This document shows, piece by piece, positions 1-7,917 of a DNA stretch of 45,260 nt. Location of the stretch: contig CAZUZH010000002.1 of the NCBI GenBank assembly GCA_964624815.1, forward strand, positions 10,049-55,308, in the 5' to 3' direction. This stretch comes from an uncultured Candidatus Saccharibacteria bacterium (GTDB lineage Bacteria; Patescibacteriota; Minisyncoccia; Minisyncoccales; CAZUZH01). Each line of letters begins with the position of its first letter. Within the stretch, counting starts at the first letter, position 1. The position numbers and the translations under genes were made by a program. The notes below the pieces were generated by a model. The model searched no databases. It was given only the letters and a program-made list of their open reading frames with translations, and was not told the origin of the DNA.

Positions 1-42
1 AAAATTTCTTTGAAATTTTCCATTCGAAATTCTTCTACAGGG

Positions 43-71
43 TTGACAAGTTTTTCATAATTTGCTAATAT
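43..71 (+). promoter_or_regulatory. sigma70-type promoter TTGACA (43-48), 17-nt spacer, TAATAT (66-71)
   Basis: Near-consensus hexamers and spacing read directly; it precedes a short hairpin-plus-terminator unit. Confidence 0.4.
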
Positions 72-77
72 AAGGAT

Positions 78-165
78 AGTGAGTGTGATTTATTCACTTC
101 GGTGAATAACTCCATTCTTTGTCGGCAAAAGACCTTTCTCTCGAGTAAGGTCTTTTGCTTTTATT
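78..165 (+). ncRNA. candidate ~90-nt small RNA, family unknown
   Basis: 8-bp stem capped by a UUCG loop (90-109). A 12-bp stem (125-136/147-158) is followed by TTTTATT. No SD-led ORF. Confidence 0.3.
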
Positions 166-312
166 AAAAAATTATTATAAATAAAAATAAAAAATAAGAA
201 GAATAAAAAATAGATAAGAGATCAAAAAAACTAGAATACAAGAACATAAAACGTAAGAATGTAAGAATGAATACAGCTTTACTTATTTTTTATAATGGTT
301 TAGAATAAAATT

Positions 313-418
313 GGGTCGGGAGGATAGCACTCACAAAAGACTTAGAATTGGGGTAACTCTCCCGGCCCATTAAAGATCCGTCCCGCCAATGGCGGAACGG
401 CAGATGCTTTCGGCGTCT
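313..418. ncRNA. unidentified structured RNA or murB leader (three tandem hairpins)
   Basis: 10-bp stems 313-322/359-368 and 378-387/391-400, plus a 6-bp stem 402-407/413-418. Locally GC-rich in an AT-rich context. The overlapping 70-aa antisense ORF looks spurious. Confidence 0.3.
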
Positions 419-450
419 TACTTCTAACGGGCCAATGCCAATTTTTAATA

Positions 451-1392
451 ATGAAAATAGAGAAACTATTACCAGGAGTTCAAAAAAATATTCCTTTGGC
501 ACAATACACTAGTTTTAATATCGGCGGGCCAGCAGATTATTTCTTCCAAGCTCAAACAAAAAGGGACTTAATTAAAGCGGTTGAAGCGGCAATTGCAATA
601 AAGTTGCCTTTTTTTATTTTAGGCAAAGGAAGTAATGTTTTGGCAAGCGATGAAAGTTATAGAGGACTAGTAATAAAAGTCAAAAGCAAAAAGTCAAAAG
701 TCAAAAGTTATGATTCAGGTATTGAAATAGTTTATGAAGCTGGAGCTTTGTTAAAAGATTTAGTTGCGAAGACAGCTGAATTGAATTTGGCTGGTCTGCA
801 ATGGGCTGCAGGGATTCCGGGGACAATAGGAGGAGCTCTTAGGGGAAATGCCGGCGCTTTTGCTAAATCAATAGGAGACTCAGTCAAAGAAGTAGAAGTG
901 CTGGAGATTTTAGATAATAAAACAGAAATTAAAAAATATTCTAAAAAAGAATGCAATTTCAGTTATCGCAACAGCATTTTCAAGAAAAAAAGAAACCTAA
1001 TAATTCTTTCAGTTGTTTTTCAGCTTAGAAAAGGAGATAATGAAAAAATAGAAAAACAAACTAAAGAGAACTTAGACCACAGAAGAATAAATCACCCGCT
1101 CAATTTTCCATCGGCTGGAAGCGTTTTTAAAAACCCTGCCCCAGTTCGCCGAAAAGAACTAGGGCGTGGCAAGCCGCACTTCATACAAGCCGCTCAATTA
1201 ATTGAAAAATGCGGACTTAAGGGAAAGAAAATTGGTCAGGCTCAGATTTCAGAAAAACACTGCAATTTTATAATCAATCTTGGAGGAGCAAAAGCTGAAG
1301 ATGTTAAAAAATTAATAAATTTAGCAAGGGAAAAAGTAAAACAAAAATTTAAAATTAACTTAGAAAAAGAAATAGTATATCTGAATTTTTAA
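451..1392 (+). CDS. murB: UDP-N-acetylenolpyruvoylglucosamine reductase
   Basis: 313-aa ORF with an FAD-binding N-terminal half and AGSVFKNP and EKHCNFIIN-type motifs typical of MurB. Confidence 0.9.
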   Translation: MKIEKLLPGVQKNIPLAQYTSFNIGGPADYFFQAQTKRDLIKAVEAAIAIKLPFFILGKGSNVLASDESYRGLVIKVKSKKSKVKSYDSGIEIVYEAGALLKDLVAKTAELNLAGLQWAAGIPGTIGGALRGNAGAFAKSIGDSVKEVEVLEILDNKTEIKKYSKKECNFSYRNSIFKKKRNLIILSVVFQLRKGDNEKIEKQTKENLDHRRINHPLNFPSAGSVFKNPAPVRRKELGRGKPHFIQAAQLIEKCGLKGKKIGQAQISEKHCNFIINLGGAKAEDVKKLINLAREKVKQKFKINLEKEIVYLNF

Positions 1393-1677
1393 GAATAATT
1401 ATTGTTTGACCTCTGCGCATCTATGTATATTGGTCGTTTTTACTGCTTTATATCTGTCTAACGGCGCATAGTTGCAAACTGGTTAGTGATGAAAATAATT
1501 TAATTGTGGATAATTAACAATCAAGAGACTTGACAACAATTTTTTAAAGTGAAAAAATTAAATAATATAGATAAAAAAAATTCAGCAGATAGCGGTCGAC
1601 TATTTGTGAGTATAATTTATCTTTAACTGATTTGTTTTAATAAGCTCACGTAGAGTTTATTAAAACAATAATTTAAA

Positions 1678-1743
1678 ATGGTCAAGAAAAAGAAAATAAC
1701 AAAAAAGAAAAAAACAACCAAGAAGAGAAAGAAAAAGAAATAA
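1678..1743 (+). CDS. 21-aa lysine-rich micro-ORF (MVKKKKITKKKKTTKKRKKKK)
   Basis: ATG to TAA read directly, followed by a clean intrinsic terminator. No clear SD, and A-rich sequence can mimic this by chance. Confidence 0.25.
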   Translation: MVKKKKITKKKKTTKKRKKKK

Positions 1744-1768
1744 TTATTATCTATTCTTTCTCAAGGAA

Positions 1769-1810
1769 GAACTCCAGCTTTTGAAGAGGAATCAGAGGCT
1801 GGAGTTTTTT
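1769..1810 (+). terminator. intrinsic terminator
   Basis: Stem aactccagc / gctggagtt followed by TTTTTT. Confidence 0.6.
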
Positions 1811-1828
1811 ACTAATAACCAATGATGT

Positions 1829-1849
1829 CAACGAGGTCGGACCTCGTTG
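1829..1849. repeat. REP-like 21-nt palindrome CAACGAGGTC[G]GACCTCGTTG
   Basis: Same 21-mer as the copies flanking the RAYT-like gene at 5.0-5.9 kb. Confidence 0.85.
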
Positions 1850-1902
1850 ATATATGTCCGGTTTATTGCCTTTTTCTCTATTTCTGGTAAAATCTTAATG
1901 TA

Positions 1903-1917
1903 TGCCGGGTGGTGCAA
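1903..1917 (+). other. 15-nt fragment identical to the 5' end of tRNA-Gln
   Basis: tgccgggtggtgcaa equals 25309-25323 exactly, then diverges. No remainder of a tRNA follows. Confidence 0.6.
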
Positions 1918-1952
1918 CTTTAATTTTTCCATAAAAAATAAAGTTATATCAC

Positions 1953-4451
1953 ATGGCCGTACTACATAGCATGTCTTTATTGAATAAAATTTTCGGAGAT
2001 GCTAATGAAAAGTATTTAAAGAAAATTCAGTCATTAGTTGATAAAATAAATAGCCTGGAAAAGGAATTTCAGGGTTTTTCTAATGAACAGTTAAAGGAAA
2101 AAACCAAAGAATTAAAACAGGAGATAAAAAATGGAAGAAGTTTAGATGATTTTCTTCCAGATGCTTTTGCTTTGGTTCGAGAAGCATCCAAAAGAACCTT
2201 GAGTCAGCGACACTTTGATGTTCAACTTCTTGGCGGTATTGCTTTGCATCAAGGCAAAATCGCTGAAATGAAAACAGGAGAGGGGAAAACTTTAGCAGCT
2301 ACTCTGCCTGCATTTCTAAATGCTTTAAGCGGGAAAGGTGTTCATATTATTACGGTTAATGATTATTTGGCTAAAAGAGACACGGTCTGGATGGGACAAA
2401 TATACCAGGCGCTTGGTTTATCGGTGGGGTGTATAGTACATGAAGCAGCCTTTATTTATGACCCGGAATACAATCAAGAAAATACAAATCTCAAAAACGA
2501 TGATATGGATGAATTTCGAGATACCGTCGGTGGATTTAAGATAGTTGAATCTTTTCTTCAGCCTTGTTCCAGAAAACAAGCTTATAGCGCTGACATTACT
2601 TACGGCACTAATCATGAGTTTGGTTTTGATTATCTGCGGGACAATATGGTTTATGATTTAAAAGCAATGGTCCAAAGGGGTTTCAATTATGTAATTATTG
2701 ATGAAGTTGACTCTGTTTTAATTGATGAGGCTAGAACACCTTTGATTATTTCTGCGCCTGATGTTGAAGCGCCTAAAATGTATCATGAGTTTGCTAAAAT
2801 TACCCCGCACTTAAAAGAGAAAGGAGATTACGAGATTGACGAGAAGGCAAGAGCGGTCACTTTAACAGAGCAGGGGATTAATAAAATTGAAAAGATTTTA
2901 AAAGTAGAAAATATCTATGAAGATAAAGGCATTAAATATCTCCATCATTTAGAACAGGCATTGAGAGCCGAAACATTATTTAAAAAAGACAGGGATTATG
3001 TAGTAATCGTTCCAAAAGGTGAGTCTCGCCAGGGACGGAAAGAAGGAAAGATTGTTATTATTGATGAGTTTACAGGCAGATTAATGCCTGGAAGGCGTTG
3101 GTCAAGCGGCTTGCATCAAGCAGTTGAGGCAAAAGAAGGAGTAGATGTTCAGCCCGAGTCAATGACTCTTGCAACAATTTCTTTTCAGAATTATTTTAGG
3201 AAGTATAAGAAGCTTGCCGGCATGACTGGAACAGCAGCTACTTCAGCAGAAGAATTTCATAAGGTTTATGGCTTGGATGTAGTAATAGTGCCAACCAATT
3301 TACCGATGAATCGTCACAATCTAACAGACTTTGTTTACAAAAACAATGAAGGGAAACTCAAAGCTATAGTTGAGGAAATTAAAAAAAGGCATACTAAGGG
3401 CCAGCCGATTCTTATTGGAACCAGGTCGGTGGAAAAAAATGAGCATCTTGGAAGGTCATTGAATAAAGAAGGAATTACTTATCAGATTTTAAATGCTAAG
3501 AACCATGCTCAGGAAGGAGAAATTATTGCGCAGGCAGGCAAACTCGGCAAGGTAACAGTAGCTACCAATATGGCTGGCAGGGGAGTAGATATAATTTTAG
3601 GGGGTAATCCCTTAAACACTGTTGATGCTCAAAAAGTTAAGGAATTAGGCGGTCTGCATGTGATTGGCACAGAAAGGCATGAGGCGCGCAGGATTGATGA
3701 TCAGCTTCGCGGCAGGTCTGGCCGTCAAGGCGACCCTGGTTCTTCCCAATTCTTTGTTTCTTTGGAAGATGATTTAATGCGGATTTTTGGCGGCGATAAA
3801 GTTAAATCTGTGATGGAAACATTAAAATTGCCAGAAGACCAGCCGATACAAGCCAAAATTATTTCAGGGATAATTGAAAAAGCTCAGGCAAATATTGAAG
3901 GAATGAACTTTGATGTAAGAAAGCATCTTTTAGATTATGATGATGTGATGAGCCTCCATCGAGAGACTTTTTACAAAAAGAAGAAAGATATTCTGAAAAA
4001 AGCAGAGGCTGGTCAGCTACGAGATTATGTTTTGGAGATTATAAAGAAATCCGGATCTTCCGAAAAAGATTATGAGAAAAAAGAAAAAGAATTGGGTACT
4101 GAAAATATGCGTCAGCTTGAAAAGATTGGTTGTTTGCGGGTTTTAGACAGTTTATGGATTGAACATTTGGAGAATATGGAATATTTACGGGATAGTGTTC
4201 GTTTGCGCGCTTACGGACAGAAAGATCCTTTGGTTGAGTATAAAAAAGAAGGATATCAGATGTTTCAGAAATTTTTAGCAACCTTTGAAATATCTGTTGT
4301 TCAGGCGATTTTTCGCGCGCGTTTGGCGCCGGATGCCCCAGCCCCGCTGGCGGTTGGGCTGAGCACAAAACCCGGCAAAAAACCAGGCCGCAACGATCCC
4401 TGCCCCTGCGGCAGCGGAAAAAAGTTTAAAAAGTGCTGTATGCTTAAATAA
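1953..4451 (+). CDS. secA: preprotein translocase ATPase SecA
   Basis: 832-aa ORF with motor motifs MKTGEGKTL and IIDEVDS and a C-terminal zinc finger CPCGSGKKFKKCC. The true start may be the Met at 1971 (MSLLNKIFG). Confidence 0.95.
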   Translation: MAVLHSMSLLNKIFGDANEKYLKKIQSLVDKINSLEKEFQGFSNEQLKEKTKELKQEIKNGRSLDDFLPDAFALVREASKRTLSQRHFDVQLLGGIALHQGKIAEMKTGEGKTLAATLPAFLNALSGKGVHIITVNDYLAKRDTVWMGQIYQALGLSVGCIVHEAAFIYDPEYNQENTNLKNDDMDEFRDTVGGFKIVESFLQPCSRKQAYSADITYGTNHEFGFDYLRDNMVYDLKAMVQRGFNYVIIDEVDSVLIDEARTPLIISAPDVEAPKMYHEFAKITPHLKEKGDYEIDEKARAVTLTEQGINKIEKILKVENIYEDKGIKYLHHLEQALRAETLFKKDRDYVVIVPKGESRQGRKEGKIVIIDEFTGRLMPGRRWSSGLHQAVEAKEGVDVQPESMTLATISFQNYFRKYKKLAGMTGTAATSAEEFHKVYGLDVVIVPTNLPMNRHNLTDFVYKNNEGKLKAIVEEIKKRHTKGQPILIGTRSVEKNEHLGRSLNKEGITYQILNAKNHAQEGEIIAQAGKLGKVTVATNMAGRGVDIILGGNPLNTVDAQKVKELGGLHVIGTERHEARRIDDQLRGRSGRQGDPGSSQFFVSLEDDLMRIFGGDKVKSVMETLKLPEDQPIQAKIISGIIEKAQANIEGMNFDVRKHLLDYDDVMSLHRETFYKKKKDILKKAEAGQLRDYVLEIIKKSGSSEKDYEKKEKELGTENMRQLEKIGCLRVLDSLWIEHLENMEYLRDSVRLRAYGQKDPLVEYKKEGYQMFQKFLATFEISVVQAIFRARLAPDAPAPLAVGLSTKPGKKPGRNDPCPCGSGKKFKKCCMLK

Positions 4452-4474
4452 AAAAAGAGCCTGGGTTCTAAAAT

Positions 4475-4493
4475 AACGAGGTCGGACCTCGTT
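4475..4493. repeat. REP-like palindrome copy
   Basis: aacgaggtcggacctcgtt sits just downstream of the secA stop. Confidence 0.8.
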
Positions 4494-4539
4494 GTAATAA
4501 AAATGTCCCAAGAACGTTTCTCGGGACATTCGCTTTGTT

Positions 4540-4914
4540 TTATTCGTTATCGCTTAAGGGTTGAGTTAAAACCTCCTTTACGGCTGATACTATTTCTTTT
4601 ATATTGGAAAACGGCTTTGTTAGAACCTTGTTGAATTTACTTAATGTATCAGAATTCCAGTCAAGGATATTTCCAGTCATAGCAATGACCGGCATTGTTT
4701 TTTCTAATTTTTGTATTGCCTCAAAAAGTTCTATGCCATTCATCTCCGGCATAGCAAGATCAGTAATAACCAAGTCAAAGTCCTTTTCTTTAATTTGCTC
4801 TAATGCGATTTTTGCATTATATATGCTTATTGCTTCGTATCCTTCGGCATCTAAGACATCGTGAACAAGGTTTGCAATTTCTTTCTCTTCATCCACTACC
4901 AGTATCCTTGACAT
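4540..4914 (-). CDS. single-domain response regulator receiver (CheY-like)
   Basis: MSRILVVDEE..DLVITDLAMPEMNG..VIAMTG..LTKPF receiver signature. The start at 4914 is preceded by AGGAGGA, which I prefer over the longer ORF start at 4962. Confidence 0.85.
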   Translation of the reverse strand: MSRILVVDEEKEIANLVHDVLDAEGYEAISIYNAKIALEQIKEKDFDLVITDLAMPEMNGIELFEAIQKLEKTMPVIAMTGNILDWNSDTLSKFNKVLTKPFSNIKEIVSAVKEVLTQPLSDNE

Positions 4915-5023
4915 CTTTCTTCCTCCTTTTTTGTTTTTTTTGAACCACCTTATATAAATCAAACACTATCATACTCGAAAAATCCTGTCAATATTATGTG
5001 TACATTATTTAACCAATAATTTT

Positions 5024-5098
5024 CAACGAGGTCGGACCTCGTTGAAGTTCTAGGCGACGATTTTGCTCTAAATCCCACAACGAGGTCCGACCTCGTTG
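5024..5098. repeat. REP doublet (5024-5044 G-centre, 5078-5098 C-centre) with 33-nt linker
   Basis: The 75-nt block is identical to 5867-5941. It is followed by degenerate 13-nt tandem units (5094-5132). Confidence 0.9.
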
Positions 5099-5159
5099 TG
5101 GAACATGGTTGTGGAACCTCGCCGTGGAATTTATTGGTGAATGATGATATAATTTTATA

Positions 5160-5861
5160 ATGTCCTCAAAAAATCCACAATTAATAAACGACGAATTCTA
5201 TCATATCATAAAAAGAGGAATTGAAAAAAGAGACATTTTTTTAGACGATGAAGATCGTTTCCGTTTTGTAAATAGTTTACTAGTTTTTAATGATAAAAAG
5301 CCCGCGCCTTGGCACATGCGTGCTTTTTGGTCTCAACGAGGTCCGACCTCGTTGCAAGACTATGTGCAGGAAGATCCTTTTGTTGAAATTCATGCCTTTT
5401 CTTTGATGAGAAATCACTTTCATATTTTAGTTCGTCAATTAAGAGATAATGGAATAAGTAATTTTATTAAAAAACTTGGTGGTTATTCTTATTATTTTAA
5501 TAAAAAACATAAAAGAATCGGACCATTATTCCAAGGAAAATTTAAGGCGGTTTTGGTGAAAACTGATCAGCAATTAAGACATAATTTTGTATATGTTCAT
5601 ACTAATCCACTTGAGATAATAGAATTTAACTGGAAAGAACAGGGGATTAAAAACCCCCAAAAAGCAGTTAAATTTTTAGAAAATGAATATAAATGGTCGA
5701 GCTATCCTGATTATTTGGGAAAAGAAAATTTTCCAAACGTTACAAAGAGAGATTTTTTCCTTAAAGTTTTTGGAGATAAAATTGGTTGCAAAAGAGAAGT
5801 AAATTCTTGGATTAAATATAAAGAAGAAATAGCTAAAATAAAAGATATTATGTTAGAATAA
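5160..5861 (+). mobile_element. REP-associated tyrosine transposase-like (IS200/IS605 TnpA-type HUH/Y1) gene
   Basis: 233-aa ORF with HUH motif (NHFHILV) and a downstream catalytic-Tyr-like motif (FVYVHTNPLE). It is flanked on both sides by identical REP doublets. Confidence 0.8.
5334..5354. repeat. REP-like palindrome inside the RAYT-like coding sequence
   Basis: caacgaggtccgacctcgttg read in frame as QRGPTSL. Confidence 0.85.
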
Positions 5862-5866
5862 TCTAT

Positions 5867-5988
5867 CAACGAGGTCGGACCTCGTTGAAGTTCTAGGCGA
5901 CGATTTTGCTCTAAATCCCACAACGAGGTCCGACCTCGTTGTAGAATCGGGTTGTGGAACATGGTTGTGGAACCTGGTTGTGGAACCT
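5867..5988. repeat. REP doublet (5867-5887, 5921-5941) plus 3 x 13-nt tandem repeat GGTTGTGGAACMT (5950-5988)
   Basis: Direct repeat of 5024-5098; tandem units read directly. Confidence 0.9.
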
Positions 5989-6060
5989 CGTTGATAATGG
6001 ATTTGTTGATAAAAAAAAAGAGCCTGGGCTGTGAATCCGCAGGCTTTTTGTTTTTGGGCT

Positions 6061-6351
6061 TTAAAGAAGGCCCAAACCTCTCAACAGAAGAAATATCCCA
6101 AAAAGAGTCATAAAACCCCCTAAAAATATTGCCGAAAATAGACTACTAAATCTAATTTCAGGACGCTTGATATATTGAACCCACTTTTTACTGGGTGCGT
6201 AGACAGTCTTACCGATAAGATATGCAGGTCCCAAAATTATTAGTAGCACTCCAACCATAAGAGCTTCTTCTCTTTCGGATGCCTTGCCTTCTCCATATGC
6301 AGAAGTTGAAAAAAATAATATCATTCCCACAGCAAGCATTAATGTTTTCAT
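6061..6351 (-). CDS. small secreted/membrane protein, unknown function
   Basis: Start at 6351 (MKTLMLAVGMILFF, signal-peptide-like) is preceded by AGGGGGA. C-terminal hydrophobic segments. Confidence 0.6.
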   Translation of the reverse strand: MKTLMLAVGMILFFSTSAYGEGKASEREEALMVGVLLIILGPAYLIGKTVYAPSKKWVQYIKRPEIRFSSLFSAIFLGGFMTLFGIFLLLRGLGLL

Positions 6352-6449
6352 TTTGTTCCCCCTTATCTCTTTAGTTTTTCTTCTTTTTTCTACCGTCAGA
6401 ATTCTGTCAATCTTTACAAAAGTTTTTTTATTTTGTATAGTAAACAAAT

Positions 6450-7802
6450 ATGCCAAAGAACACGCTTTTTACTTTGGTCTTCATAATAATCCTGGCGTTT
6501 TTCAGTATTAATTTTGCTTACCCAAAGTATTTTAATCATGGGGTGGATTTTTTGAATTCAAAATTTTCCCTGCATCTGCCACAGTTTTGGGAAAAACCAT
6601 TTAAATTAGGATTAGACCTTAGAGGAGGAAGCCATTTGGTTTATGAAGCTGATTTATTAGAAATAGAAAATAAGAATTACAGCCAGGCAATGCAGGGCTT
6701 ACGGGATGTTATTGAAAGAAGGGTTAATATTTTCGGCGTAACAGAGCCGGTCGTTCAGGTTCAGGAAAACCCGCCTAACTATCGCTTAATTGTGGAATTA
6801 GCCGGCGTCAAAGATATTAATCAGGCAATAAAAATGATAGGCGAGACTCCATTTTTGGAATTCAGAGAAGTAAAAGAAAATTATCAGGAGATTATTGAGA
6901 ACAATCAGAAAGTTGCCGAAACTGGAGAAGGGGAATATCAGGACCCTTTTGAATATACTGGTTTGACTGGAAAATATTTAAAAAAATCAGAAATGAGTTT
7001 TGACCAAACAACCAACAAACCTATAATTCTTCTTCAATTTAATGATCAGGGTTCAGATATTTTTAAAGACTTAACCAGCCGAAATATTGGCAAAGCTTTG
7101 CCAATATTCATTGACGGTCTGCCAATTTCCAGTCCTGTTGTTCAGAATGAAATTCCAGGAGGCAGGGCTCAGATTACCGGAGATTTTACTATTGATTCGG
7201 CCAGAGAATTAGTTAGAAACCTTAATGCCGGCGCTCTTCCAGTTCCTATTAATTTAATTTCCCAGAAAACTATTGGTCCGATTTTAGGAAAGATTTCTTT
7301 AGAAAAATCCCTTAAAGCAGGAATAATTGGTTTTTTAGCAGTAATTATATTTTTAATCTTGTTCTATCGTTTACCAGGATTATGGGCTGCTTTTTCCTTG
7401 GGAATCTATGTGAGCATAATTTTATCTTTGTTCAAACTTATTCCAGTGACATTGAGCTTAGCTGGTATTGGCGGTTTTGTTTTGTCTCTTGGTATGGCTG
7501 TTGACGCTAATATCCTTATTTTTTCCAGAATGAAAGAAGAATTAAAACAAGGCAAGAGTCTTTCAGCCAGCATTACTGAAGGATTTCAAAGAGCCTGGCC
7601 TTCAATTAGAGACGGAAATCTAACAACTTTGATTGTTGCCTTTATTTTGTTCAGTTTTGGAACCAGCTTTGTTAAGGGGTTTGCCATGACCTTGGGATTA
7701 GGTATTATTTTCAGCATGTTTTCAGCAATTATAATTACCAAAACCTTTTTACAGTTGTTTGAAAATACGAGATTGGCGCGATTGCGCTGGCTGTGGAGAT
7801 AA
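6450..7802 (+). CDS. secD: protein translocase subunit SecD
   Basis: 450-aa ORF with an N-terminal TM, a periplasmic domain, then a multi-TM C-terminus (LGMAVDANILIFSRMKEE). It is followed by secF. Confidence 0.9.
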   Translation: MPKNTLFTLVFIIILAFFSINFAYPKYFNHGVDFLNSKFSLHLPQFWEKPFKLGLDLRGGSHLVYEADLLEIENKNYSQAMQGLRDVIERRVNIFGVTEPVVQVQENPPNYRLIVELAGVKDINQAIKMIGETPFLEFREVKENYQEIIENNQKVAETGEGEYQDPFEYTGLTGKYLKKSEMSFDQTTNKPIILLQFNDQGSDIFKDLTSRNIGKALPIFIDGLPISSPVVQNEIPGGRAQITGDFTIDSARELVRNLNAGALPVPINLISQKTIGPILGKISLEKSLKAGIIGFLAVIIFLILFYRLPGLWAAFSLGIYVSIILSLFKLIPVTLSLAGIGGFVLSLGMAVDANILIFSRMKEELKQGKSLSASITEGFQRAWPSIRDGNLTTLIVAFILFSFGTSFVKGFAMTLGLGIIFSMFSAIIITKTFLQLFENTRLARLRWLWR

Positions 7803-7917
7803 AAAAGAAAAGTCAAAAGTCCAAAGTTAAAAGTCAAAAGTTACAGTATTAAATAGAAAGTATTTTACTTTTAACTTTATACTGGTGCTTTTAATTTTTG
7901 ACTTTTAATTTTTAACT
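7803..7917. repeat. AT-rich self-complementary word-repeat spacer (A-rich arm / T-rich arm)
   Basis: Arms are built from AAAGTCAAAAG-type words and their complements, e.g. 7824-7834 pairs with 7867-7877 (11 bp). Confidence 0.7.

Noticed and set aside
290-502. 70-aa minus-strand ORF overlapping the murB start
   Set aside because: It overlaps the structured GC-rich block and the murB 5' end and has no SD. It is likely spurious.
5711-5962. 83-aa minus-strand ORF overlapping the end of the RAYT-like gene
   Set aside because: It runs through the REP doublet (QRGRTSL / QRGPTSL are REP translations) and lies antisense to a well-supported gene.
5942-5995. Possible CRISPR array suggested by repeated GGTTGTGGAAC units
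   Set aside because: The units are 13 nt and directly tandem with no spacers, with only 2-3 copies, and no cas genes are present. This is a short tandem repeat attached to the REP doublet.
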